From Telmatocola sphagniphila (GTDB lineage: Bacteria; Planctomycetota; Planctomycetia; Gemmatales; Gemmataceae): a DNA stretch of 32,000 bases. The position numbers and the translations under genes were made by a program. Shown in pieces: positions 8,322 to 16,777 of the stretch (position 1 is its first letter; the number at the start of each line of letters is the position of its first letter). Where the stretch lies: assembly GCF_018398935.1 (NCBI RefSeq), contig NZ_CP074694.1:2640001-2672000 (forward strand), written 5' to 3'. The notes beneath the pieces were generated by a model that worked only from the letters and a program-made list of their open reading frames with translations, searched no databases and was not told the DNA's origin.

Positions 8322-8993
8322 GCGTATACCCCTTCGCAGTTGCCCGGTGCTTCCCCCGAAACCCGAGCCGGTGACGAAATTTTTTCACCCCCGGCCCGGA
8401 CCATCCGTGTCTGAGTCGACAGACGGATAATGATCCGACACTCCGAGCGGGTGCAGTTCTGTAATCAGTCGTGGGCAATAGCCATGCGTGCGAAAGCGAT
8501 CAAGCCTAATAGACGAAAAAAAACCAGATTTTCTAAGGATTTTGGAAATCGATAAACTGCCCGATCATCAGTAATTCGCCGCATCCCCAAGTTTCCTCCG
8601 AAACTGTGTCCGCCAGTTGGGAGACGCCTTTTCTCCAGATTCCCACCGATTAGTGGGGGAAGTATCTTTTTCCTCGAGAATGCTTTAGAATTTTAATCCG
8701 AACCGGCAGGTTTGGGAGGATATGGGAAAGGGGTTGTCAACCCTTAGATTGTCATGCATTTGCCGGGAAGGTCATCAGATCATCAAATTTGATATAGTGG
8801 CGAAGGCCATTTTGATGACCTTTGAAGATTCCTTGGGGTTTTTGGCACTTCCCCACACAAAATTCCAATCCAATTCGTCTCTTTTGCTTTCAGATCTCCA
8901 CGAGTGCCCTCTGACGTCGAAAGGTTCCAATCCCGGCAAGAATTGGATAAAGTAGTGTAATCGATACGTCCCTGTTTTCCCATGTAGGTTCCC

Positions 8994-9452
8994 ATGAAAC
9001 TAGCCATCGCAGCCGATCACGCCGGGTACGATTTGAAAGAAACCATCCGATACCTTCTCCTGAATACAGGCCATGAAGTAATCGATCTCGGCACGGACTC
9101 CGCTGATAAACCGGACGACTATCCCGATTTCGCTCTCGCGCTGGGAAAATCCATCCTTCAGAAATCGGCGGAGCGAGGAATTCTCGTCTGCGGTTCCGGA
9201 GTGGGAGCTTCGATCGCCGCAAATAAAATCCCCGGTGTACGGGCCGCCATCTGTCATGATCATTACTCCGCCGCTCAGGGGGTGGAGCACGACGATATGA
9301 ATGTCCTGGTTCTAGGAGCCCGGGTGATTGGTTTAGCGACGGCCCAGGATCTGGTCACCGCCTTTCTGAATGCAACCTATTCGGGAGAAGAGCGTCACGC
9401 TCGCCGATTGGCCAAGGTGCTTGCCATCGAAGCGAACCCACCGAGAAGCTAA
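8994..9452 (+). CDS. rpiB: Ribose-5-phosphate isomerase B (RpiB/LacAB family)
   Basis: 152 aa. [16 protein letters not shown]..., [39 protein letters not shown] and EERHARRL are all hallmark RpiB blocks. Confidence 0.92.
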   Translation: MKLAIAADHAGYDLKETIRYLLLNTGHEVIDLGTDSADKPDDYPDFALALGKSILQKSAERGILVCGSGVGASIAANKIPGVRAAICHDHYSAAQGVEHDDMNVLVLGARVIGLATAQDLVTAFLNATYSGEERHARRLAKVLAIEANPPRS

Positions 9453-9512
9453 TACGAAATAATTCGCACTGGTAGTTTTAAGTTCTAATCCAATCGATTT
9501 GGAACGAGTCTC

Positions 9513-10433
9513 TCAATCAAACTCATGCTGGTAGCCCTGGGCTTCGAGGGGCTGCCACTGATTATTCTCGTCTAAAAGTCGAATTCCCTGCTCTGCTTTT
9601 TGAATTCTTCCTATCGCCGTGCAATTCCACATCGGGTCTTTACGAATTTGCTCGGCCACCGATTCCGAAACCGTGAAGCAGAGTTCGAAATCCTCCCCAT
9701 CGTGCAAAGCATGATATTCAGGAGTCCGGCCATCCTGCCGCGAAAGTTGTTGCGCCGCGGGCGTGATCGGTAATTCTCTGGCCCAAATCTCTGCCCCGCA
9801 ATGGCTCTCCTCACAGATATGTCCAAGATCCCGGCTGAGCCCATCGCTCAAATCGATCATCGAGTGTAGGTCGAAGGCCCTGTGAAGTTGAAGCGCTTCC
9901 CGGACTCGGGGCTCAAAGTTCAGATGCCTCCCGAGGATAGATCCGCCTAAGGGCCCAGTTACAAAAATCACATCACCTATTTCAGCCCCGCTCCGTTTCA
10001 CCGGCCCTTTTGCGGTGCTCTCCCCAAAAAGGGTAATGGAAATGCTCAATGGGCCGTTCCAGGAATTGGTGTCACCGCCGATAATCTCCACTTCGTAGTC
10101 TCGGGCCAAGCTTTCAATTCCCCGAAAAAGCCCCTGAGCGATTTCTGCTCCTTTTTTGCGCGGCAATGCCAGACTGATGAGAGCGGCCTTCGGAATACCT
10201 GCCATGGCCGCAATGTCCGATAAATTCACTGCTAAAGCCTTGCGGCCGACCGCTTCCGCGCCGGCTTCGGCCAAGAGGAAGCAGCTCCCTTCGAGCAGCA
10301 TATCCGTTGTAATCAGTGCATCGCAACCGGGGGAAAATCGAAACCCGGCGGTGTCATCTCCTATTCCAATGGTCGTTTGATGACCCGGGGTCTGTCGCTT
10401 TCGCAGCCAGTCTATGAAGCCGAATTCGTGCAT
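9513..10433 (-). CDS. thiL: Thiamine-monophosphate kinase
   Basis: 306 aa. EFGFIDWL...IGIGDDTAGF...ITTDMLLEGSCF...VGRKALAVNLSDIAAMAG...EIIGGDTN matches the AIR-synthase-related ThiL pattern. Confidence 0.88.
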   Translation of the reverse strand: MHEFGFIDWLRKRQTPGHQTTIGIGDDTAGFRFSPGCDALITTDMLLEGSCFLLAEAGAEAVGRKALAVNLSDIAAMAGIPKAALISLALPRKKGAEIAQGLFRGIESLARDYEVEIIGGDTNSWNGPLSISITLFGESTAKGPVKRSGAEIGDVIFVTGPLGGSILGRHLNFEPRVREALQLHRAFDLHSMIDLSDGLSRDLGHICEESHCGAEIWARELPITPAAQQLSRQDGRTPEYHALHDGEDFELCFTVSESVAEQIRKDPMWNCTAIGRIQKAEQGIRLLDENNQWQPLEAQGYQHEFD

Positions 10434-10515
10434 TCTTCAAAAATTCCTTCTCCCAAATCCTACAACCCGCAAGGCTTATCGTATCTCTTACCTAATCGGG
10501 CGATTGAAAAATCGG

Positions 10516-12501
10516 ATGAACCCCGACATACCTGAAAAAACTAAGGTAAACTGCAAAGATGCTTTCCTTCGCATGACGCAAGGTTTATCCTATTGGAAAG
10601 CGCGATATAACTCGGACAGCTTAACAGCCGAACCCCTTGACACCGAGGCCGGAAGGTCCATGAGCAACTCAACGAACTTTGCATCTGCGGTCACAGGATC
10701 CATTGGTGCGCCAACTTATCTTGATCGAACCTACGGTCAGCCCTTATTCCATACGGAAAGCGACGTCCTGGCGATGCGCTTCTCGGAAGACGGATTGATC
10801 TGGACGATCGAAGAATGCGGTTTGCTTCGCCAATGGTCTCTCGATGGGCGACAGATCTCGCGTGTGTTCCTGAACGATCTCGAAAATGTGTGGCAATTCT
10901 CCCCGACCGGGAAATTTGTCGCCTCGGGCAGTCAGGAACTCTGTCTTTGGTACGTCAACAGCGGTCAGGAAGCATTCCGGGTAGATACCGAATGCTGGAT
11001 TACCGCTCTGGCCTTCTCCGCCGATGGCAAACTCCTGGCGAGCGGCCACGACGATGGCAGCGTCCGCATCTGGGACACCAAAGGTTTAAAACTGCTTCAA
11101 AAAGTCGATCTGCATACTGTGGCCATCTCGGCCCTCGCCTTCCGACCCAACGGTACGGAACTGGCGAGTGCGGCGGAAGATCGCAAGATTCGCATCTTGA
11201 ATCTCGAATCCTACCAAGTCACCACGACTCTGCTGGGCCATCCCGATCGCATCCCGGCCTTGGTCTGGTCGGTGAACTCCGATCTGCTCCTTTCCGCGGG
11301 CTGGGATACCAGCGTTCGAATCTGGCAGCCCCCGCAGGTCGAACCGAAGATGCTTTTGAACACGCACTCCGAACAGGTCACCTCGCTGGCCATCAGCCGC
11401 GATGGGCACTTCTTAGCGTGTGCGGACTCCGATTTTGAAATTCATATCTGGGATAACCTGGAAGCCAAGAAACCGAGCTATTCGTTCCGCGGACCTACCG
11501 AAGAAATCAAGGTCATGGCCTTTTCCCCCGATGGCGTACACTTCGCCTCGGCCGGAGCCGACCATACGATTTGCGTCTGGAACATCAAATCGGGTGAAAT
11601 GAAAGGCGGTCCCACCGCCGCGGTACGCCATCAGATCGCGGTGCTGCCTCAGAACAAGAAAGAACTTTTGCTGAGTTCCGTCGGAGCTTCGCTGCAATCC
11701 TGGGAAACGGAATCGGCGCATTTGACTCTGCTGCCGACTAAAGAAACGATCCGCTCCGTCGCCGCGAGTGCGGATGGCCGCTGGATTGCCACCAGTAACG
11801 AAACGCCTCAGGTTGAAATCTGGGATGCCGCTAAGCAGACGCTGGTTCGGACTCTGAATCATACTTTCGGGCCGATCTCCTGCCTGAATTTCGCTCCCGA
11901 TTCGAAGACATTGGCAACGGCGAGTCTGAGCGATGGTCTCGCGTGGATTTGGGATCTGAACGAGAAAGAGGCGATTCTGGTGATCCCGGAAGCCGCCGAG
12001 TCCTGTTCGATCGAAACCCTGGCCTTTCATCCGAAAGGTAACCTTCTGGCCGTTGGCGGGGTCGATTTCCTGGCCACCAGCGGTTCGGATGGAGCGGTCT
12101 GTCTCTGGAATCTCGACGAAAAGGAAAAACTCACAACTTTCGACCACGGGGTTACAGCCCTCTGCTTCGATCCGCAGGGTCGTTATCTGGCCGGGGGTTC
12201 GCTCAAGAATTCCCTAGTGGTTTGGGACTTGAAGGACGACAGGGAAATTTTCGACTTGCCCGGCCATACCAATCGGATCGGCGCTTTGGCTTTCAGTCCC
12301 GATGGCTCCTGGCTGGTGTCCGCCAGCGACGATTGCACGCTGCGGGTATGGAACGTTTTGAATGGCCGGCTTGTGATCGCCCGAACCTTCGATACGGAAA
12401 TTCATTCTCTCGCTTTCGGAGAGAACGGCCGATACCTTTACACCGGCAACGCCGATTCCACTTGCTACCGACTCTTGATGAGTCAGTTGCTGGAAGACTA
12501 A
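10516..12501 (+). CDS. WD40-repeat protein (enough repeats for two beta-propellers), function unknown
   Basis: The ORF runs 10414-12501. At least 11 WD-type blade endings are present: VRIWDTKG, IRILNLES, VRIWQPPQ, IHIWDNLE, ICVWNIKS, VEIWDAAK, AWIWDLNE, VCLWNLDE, LVVWDLKD, LRVWNVLN. The start is uncertain. The ATG at 10414 would overlap the divergent thiL start by 20 nt, and in-frame ATGs lie at 10516, 10573 and 10660. The stop at 12501 is firm. Confidence 0.8.
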   Translation: MNPDIPEKTKVNCKDAFLRMTQGLSYWKARYNSDSLTAEPLDTEAGRSMSNSTNFASAVTGSIGAPTYLDRTYGQPLFHTESDVLAMRFSEDGLIWTIEECGLLRQWSLDGRQISRVFLNDLENVWQFSPTGKFVASGSQELCLWYVNSGQEAFRVDTECWITALAFSADGKLLASGHDDGSVRIWDTKGLKLLQKVDLHTVAISALAFRPNGTELASAAEDRKIRILNLESYQVTTTLLGHPDRIPALVWSVNSDLLLSAGWDTSVRIWQPPQVEPKMLLNTHSEQVTSLAISRDGHFLACADSDFEIHIWDNLEAKKPSYSFRGPTEEIKVMAFSPDGVHFASAGADHTICVWNIKSGEMKGGPTAAVRHQIAVLPQNKKELLLSSVGASLQSWETESAHLTLLPTKETIRSVAASADGRWIATSNETPQVEIWDAAKQTLVRTLNHTFGPISCLNFAPDSKTLATASLSDGLAWIWDLNEKEAILVIPEAAESCSIETLAFHPKGNLLAVGGVDFLATSGSDGAVCLWNLDEKEKLTTFDHGVTALCFDPQGRYLAGGSLKNSLVVWDLKDDREIFDLPGHTNRIGALAFSPDGSWLVSASDDCTLRVWNVLNGRLVIARTFDTEIHSLAFGENGRYLYTGNADSTCYRLLMSQLLED

Positions 12502-12512
12502 TCGCATCGATT

Positions 12513-12541
12513 TACCCGTCGGACAGAAAGCCCGACGGGTA
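12513..12541. terminator. Hairpin between convergent genes (possible bidirectional terminator)
   Basis: 10-bp inverted repeat TACCCGTCGG (12513-12522) / CCGACGGGTA (12532-12541) with a 9-nt loop. It sits between the WD40 stop (12501) and the stop of the minus-strand gene (12542). There is no strong U-tract on either side. Confidence 0.4.
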
Positions 12542-14233
12542 TTAATACCAGAAGATCCGATCGATCGGTTCCGTCACTTCCAGGACGACATATCGTCCCG
12601 AACGGAAAACGACTTTCTGGTCCCAGGGAAAGGCTGTTTTCGCAAAATCGGGCAAGCTTGGGGGAAACTCCGGATTGTTGTCCGCCATTTCTTTATCGGG
12701 TATATCGAAGTACCACTTGGGCAGTGAAAGATCGACCACTGCATATTTAGGGGAGCACTTCAGGACATCGGCCCGAATTAAATCTCGTTTACTTTGAAAC
12801 ATCAACGCTGTATGCACGTGCAGATAGCGAATGGCGGGTTTCAGGTTCAATTCCCGATAAATCAAAAACGTCGCATCGCACCAGCAGACGAGTTGTCCCT
12901 CCTGCAAGTTCAGCGGTTTCAGAAAATTGACGACGTCGCGCTGGGCTACATACGATGGCACACCGAGATGATCGCGGAAATACGGCAGTTTATCTCGAAC
13001 CACATCGGGGCAATCCCATTTCAGACAGTCGGACCAAAGTTCCAGTCGCTCGGGATCCAAGGAACAGTGATAGGGGAAAAAGACGTAGAAGGTGGCCGGG
13101 CTTCGCTGCTTCCAGGAGTTCAGATAATGACCAATCGAGCTGTCCTCTTTCATACCGCAGATGTGAGAACTGATTAGCACCCAGAAAACGACGCAGATCA
13201 GCGCTTTGCCCACATAAGAAGCCACGAGAGCAATTCCCAAAATCATCCCGGGCGCCTGAATGTATGCCATCGATTTCTGCAAGAGAAATGCCTGTGCAAT
13301 CCAGGTGAGATACAAAACCGCCAGCAGGGAACGGTAATAGGTGGTTGCCGTAGCCTCACGACTTCGGTAATTCCAGATTGCAAAAATCGCCAGGGGAATG
13401 GCCACCGCATGCAACCGGGACCAGGGTTGCAGTGTGAACCAGAAGGAAACCCAACGGAAGTGATACTCCGAACTCGACCAGTCGTAATATTCGGGATTCC
13501 AGTTCAGGAAGATGTCGAGCATCGGTGCCAGGGAACCGCTGGCGATCAGCCAGCAACTCATGGCCGAGCCGACCAGCACAACGCCCACAAAGATTCCCAG
13601 AAAGCCGGGTGGTCGGCCTAAGGAACCGCGATCGGAAGTTGGCTCGGTTCTTCGACCGAACCGCATCCAAAGATAGGAACCGAGAGCCGGAATTAAGACG
13701 TGCGGCTTCAGACAGACTGCGGTTCCAATTGCACACCCCACCAGAAAGGCACGCAGAAATCTTCGTCTGGGTGTTGTCCCATCATAGAGATTTATGGCCA
13801 CCAGGATCGGCAGGAGCATCCAGACATCGCGTTGGCAGTGGATGTATTCAGACTCGAAAATGTAGAAAAAGGCCCCGGTAATGAGGAAGCAGAAGACCGC
13901 CAAGCTCGACAGAGACGATTTCTTCAAGAGTCGGCTCAGCAGCAGCAGAATCGCTGTGATCACCAGCAGATCAATGGCCAGAATCGCCTCGGAAGACCAG
14001 CCCAAAAGGGAGCGGATACCCAACTGCAAGAGCATCATGCCTGGCGGATTGGTATCGAGAGTATCCCGATAATGCACGCCTCCCTGCAATACGTTCCAGG
14101 CGGCGATGTCGTACAGACTGACATCGACCCAAAGGGGCGTACGCAAGTAAGGCGGGATCCCAAGGATCAGGATAGCCAGCAACAACGCGCCGGCTCCAAA
14201 CCAGGCGAGGATGGGGCGAATTGAAAAATTCAT
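12542..14233 (-). CDS. Polytopic membrane protein, putative GT-C fold (ArnT/PMT-like, GT39/83-type) glycosyltransferase
   Basis: 563 aa with about 10-12 hydrophobic helices over the first ~370 aa, followed by a ~190-aa soluble C-terminal domain. The first loop has acidic and aromatic residues and a PPG motif (WVDVSLYDIAAWNVLQGGVHYRDTLDTNPPGMMLL), as in the PMT_2/ArnT family. The start ATG overlaps the upstream stop (ATGA at 14230-14233). Confidence 0.55.
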   Translation of the reverse strand: MNFSIRPILAWFGAGALLLAILILGIPPYLRTPLWVDVSLYDIAAWNVLQGGVHYRDTLDTNPPGMMLLQLGIRSLLGWSSEAILAIDLLVITAILLLLSRLLKKSSLSSLAVFCFLITGAFFYIFESEYIHCQRDVWMLLPILVAINLYDGTTPRRRFLRAFLVGCAIGTAVCLKPHVLIPALGSYLWMRFGRRTEPTSDRGSLGRPPGFLGIFVGVVLVGSAMSCWLIASGSLAPMLDIFLNWNPEYYDWSSSEYHFRWVSFWFTLQPWSRLHAVAIPLAIFAIWNYRSREATATTYYRSLLAVLYLTWIAQAFLLQKSMAYIQAPGMILGIALVASYVGKALICVVFWVLISSHICGMKEDSSIGHYLNSWKQRSPATFYVFFPYHCSLDPERLELWSDCLKWDCPDVVRDKLPYFRDHLGVPSYVAQRDVVNFLKPLNLQEGQLVCWCDATFLIYRELNLKPAIRYLHVHTALMFQSKRDLIRADVLKCSPKYAVVDLSLPKWYFDIPDKEMADNNPEFPPSLPDFAKTAFPWDQKVVFRSGRYVVLEVTEPIDRIFWY

Positions 14234-15066
14234 TCGGGTTCTTCCGTACTATCGATGGTCAGCAGCGACCGGAAAATCCGCGGATCGGTTTTCCAGGTCA
14301 AAAAATGGGCTCTTCCATCGGCCATGGCGGCGTAAACGCCATCGAGATGAATACCTCCGAGATCGCTCGAAGGGCCCAGGTAGACCGATTGATCGCGCTT
14401 CCATGTACGGAGAGTGGAAGGTCCGCCCTGCAGCCAGGGTCCGGTGAAAAAATCGGTTTCCAAAAAGGCGATAGTCTGTGCCAAGCCGTCTTTGACTTCG
14501 ACATAGGGAGTTTTTATATCGGGTTCGAAGAGACCGCGTAGCTGTTCGGAATTCCATTTGGGCAGGGCCGCACCGTTCTCCAGGCCGCCGTTAGCGACGT
14601 AATTGGTAATGGCGAAGCCCTCGGCCGTGACCGGCTTCTTCGTGGCCGGGACAATCAGGTGTTTGGCTTTCTGGGTGGCCAGTTCCCGATTACTTCCCAA
14701 ATTCCACTTCTGGTCCTTGTCTATCTGGCTCCAAAGTTTGGTCATCCCGGTTTTTTCATCGAAATTCGCGTTCTCGGTGGTACGATCCAGGGAATGCACG
14801 AAATAGGCGTACAGGCTGAGGCGTTCGTCCCGTTTCAACGCGGGGTTTGGTAGCGTGCCGGAGGGGAAATAGTCGATGGATTCGGGCTTGATCACACTAC
14901 CGGGATCGGTACAGTGCATCATCGCAAAACCGATCTGCCGGATATTGTTTTCCGAGTACTTGCGGTCGCCGACATTCCGGGCGTAACCCAGAAATGTGAG
15001 AATGAGGCCAAGCCCGAAAACTCCCAGACCGACGACGGCTATCAGTACAAGTAATCTCGCAAACAT
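14230..15066 (-). CDS. DUF1559-like (H-X9-DG) protein with an N-terminal TM anchor and no canonical prepilin leader
   Basis: 278 aa. ARNVGDRKYSENNIRQIGFAMMHC resembles the DUF1559 block AREAARR.QC.NNLKQIGLALHNY. The C-terminal GGIHLDGVYAAMADGRAHFL is an exact H-X9-DG spacing. The N-terminus MFARLLVLIAVVGLGVFGLGLILTFLG lacks the G/FTLIE prepilin motif. An in-frame TGA two codons upstream of the ATG excludes a longer N-terminus. Confidence 0.65.
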   Translation of the reverse strand: MFARLLVLIAVVGLGVFGLGLILTFLGYARNVGDRKYSENNIRQIGFAMMHCTDPGSVIKPESIDYFPSGTLPNPALKRDERLSLYAYFVHSLDRTTENANFDEKTGMTKLWSQIDKDQKWNLGSNRELATQKAKHLIVPATKKPVTAEGFAITNYVANGGLENGAALPKWNSEQLRGLFEPDIKTPYVEVKDGLAQTIAFLETDFFTGPWLQGGPSTLRTWKRDQSVYLGPSSDLGGIHLDGVYAAMADGRAHFLTWKTDPRIFRSLLTIDSTEEPE

Positions 15067-15143
15067 CCTTCATCCGGTATATAAGAAACTTGGATCGTCC
15101 TCTACCGTGTATGATAGTGGGAAGATTGAAATGAGGGACTTCG

Positions 15144-16157
15144 ATGACCAGCAATAAGTTGATTATCGGCGGCGCGTTGGCCTTACTGGCAGGAGCAGTC
15201 GTGATGTTCACGAATTCCAGTTCGAGTAAAGAACTACCCGAACAAATCACTTCCGCCAAATCGGGACAATCTTCCAAACCGCTTGCCTCAACCTGGGAAG
15301 CCGGCGAACCGGCCCCTTTCGATCCCGATCGGGCGATGAAATACCTCAAGCAACTTTGCGATCTCGGCCCGCGCATCAGCGGCAGCGACGGCATGGCCAA
15401 AATGCAGGATCTGCTGAAGAAGCACTTCGAAAATCTCGGTGCAAAAGTCACTTTTCAGAAATTTGAAGGCAAACAGCGTTCGCAGCCGAAATCGGTTCCC
15501 ATGGCCAACATGATCATCAGCTGGAATCCCGAAAGTAAAACCCGGGTGATCCTCTGCGGGCACTACGATACCCGTCCCATTGCGGATCAGGAAAGACGCC
15601 GGGAAGACTGGACTCGACCTTTCCTCAGCGCGAACGATGGCACTTCCACCGTCGCACTGTTAATGGAGTTGGGCAATCACATGAAAAAAGCTCCCAAGAT
15701 GAAGGTCGGGGTGGACTTTGTGATTTTCGACGGGGAAGAATGGATGTTCGATCCCAAGCGGGATAAATTCTTTCTCGGTTCGGATTACTTCGCGGATAAT
15801 TATCGCGATCATCGCCCGGCCTACACCTACAAATCGGCAATTCTGCTCGATCTGTTCGCCGGGATTAATACCCGTTTCCCCTGGGAAGAAAATTCCCGAT
15901 TTGAAGCCGGCGGCCTGATGGAAGAAGTCTGGGATATCGCCAAAGAATTGAACGTTAAGGAATTCGTCTTCGAACGAGGCGACGCCGTGCTCGACGACCA
16001 CATGGGGCTGAACCGCGTTGGCATCAAAGCGATCGACATCATCGATTTCAGCTACCCGCACTGGCACAAATTGACCGATTTGCCGGAAAACTGTTCCGGC
16101 GAGAGCATGGCCAAGGTGGCAAAAGTGCTGAGTGTCTGGTTGCAGAGGACAAAATAA
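15144..16157 (+). CDS. M28-family metalloenzyme, glutaminyl-peptide cyclotransferase-like
   Basis: 337 aa with an N-terminal signal-anchor (LIIGGALALLAGAVVMF). Blocks: ILCGHYDTRPIAD, SANDGTSTVALLMELGNHM and DFVIFDGEEWMF (M28/QC metal-ligand blocks), plus HWHKLTDL near the C-terminus. GAGGGA lies 5 nt upstream of the ATG. Confidence 0.72.
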   Translation: MTSNKLIIGGALALLAGAVVMFTNSSSSKELPEQITSAKSGQSSKPLASTWEAGEPAPFDPDRAMKYLKQLCDLGPRISGSDGMAKMQDLLKKHFENLGAKVTFQKFEGKQRSQPKSVPMANMIISWNPESKTRVILCGHYDTRPIADQERRREDWTRPFLSANDGTSTVALLMELGNHMKKAPKMKVGVDFVIFDGEEWMFDPKRDKFFLGSDYFADNYRDHRPAYTYKSAILLDLFAGINTRFPWEENSRFEAGGLMEEVWDIAKELNVKEFVFERGDAVLDDHMGLNRVGIKAIDIIDFSYPHWHKLTDLPENCSGESMAKVAKVLSVWLQRTK

Positions 16158-16239
16158 TCCGTTAGGCTGAATTAGATACCCAGGAAATGAAGGATTATTT
16201 CCGGTCCGCTACCACCAGCATCTACCGAGAAAGCGATCC

Positions 16240-16776
16240 GTGAGTACTTCGGAAATTATCTTTGGCCTGGGTTTCGCAGTTATCCTGGCGGTCACGGCCT
16301 GCTATACGGCTCGCATTCCGTTCCGAATTTTCCGTCGCCTGCGCTCCCACGAAATCATCCCCAGCGACGAACGCAAATACCTGCAAAAACAGGCTCGCCT
16401 CCGGCTGGTCAACAGCGTTTTCATGCTCATTCTCGGGGGTTTCTTGGCTTGGACTTACCTCTCGGGTATGGAGCGGCGGGCGGGCGAACTGGTTCAGAAA
16501 GTGGATGCTTCCAAGCAGAATAATATCGAAATTCCGGAAGCCGAAAAAGAAATCGATAAAGCCTTCTTTAAGAACTACTTCTACTGCTGGATAGCCATCG
16601 TCATCTTGCTTTTTGGCATAGTGGCTATCGCTTTCATCGATCTGATGTCGACCCGCAAATATGCCTGGCAGCAGATGGTCCTTTTGAAGGATGACCATAA
16701 AGCCAAGCTCGAGCGGGATTTAGCTATGTACCGGCAGCAGATGAACGACCGCCGGCGCGGCTTGAATCGGAAATAG
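16240..16776 (+). CDS. Hypothetical membrane protein (3 TM helices plus a basic coiled C-terminus)
   Basis: 178 aa with a GTG start. TM segments: IIFGLGFAVILAVTACY, LVNSVFMLILGGFLAWTYL and YCWIAIVILLFGIVAIAFIDL, with positively charged loops. The antisense ORF 16222-16698 looks non-protein-like. Confidence 0.6.
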   Translation: MSTSEIIFGLGFAVILAVTACYTARIPFRIFRRLRSHEIIPSDERKYLQKQARLRLVNSVFMLILGGFLAWTYLSGMERRAGELVQKVDASKQNNIEIPEAEKEIDKAFFKNYFYCWIAIVILLFGIVAIAFIDLMSTRKYAWQQMVLLKDDHKAKLERDLAMYRQQMNDRRRGLNRK

Positions 16777-16777
16777 A

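Noticed and set aside
8395-8455. TPP-riboswitch-like fragments (CTGAG, CGGATAATGATCCG, GGGTGC)
   Set aside because: The order of the elements is wrong for a THI-box on either strand, the GGGGUGC...CUGAGA...ACCUGAUC core is incomplete, and no thiamine gene is downstream (thiL is more than 1 kb away and separated by rpiB).
8843-8857. Sigma-54-like TGGCAC motifs (also at 715-729 upstream of nadD)
   Set aside because: The -12 element is missing at the required spacing (CA and AG instead of GC), so the TGGCAC hexamers are probably chance matches.
8908-8938. tRNA T-loop-like GGTTCCAATCC
   Set aside because: The flanking bases cannot form the 5-bp T-stem (AAAGG versus CCCGG), and no acceptor or anticodon arms can be drawn on either strand.
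8722-8955. 77-aa plus-strand ORF in the long intergenic region
   Set aside because: It has no motif, an odd composition and no ribosome-binding context. It overlaps the inverted repeats, which are more plausibly regulatory or RNA elements.
11413-12147. 244-aa minus-strand ORF inside the WD40 gene. The same applies to 24854-25552 and 25709-26452 inside ccsBA, and 29354-30673 inside valS.
   Set aside because: All are antisense to genes with strong family signatures, and they are Arg/Gly/Pro-rich shadow frames.
16222-16698. 158-aa minus-strand ORF competing with the 178-aa plus-strand membrane protein
   Set aside because: The plus frame gives three clean TM helices with positive-inside loops. 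The minus frame gives a featureless acidic sequence.
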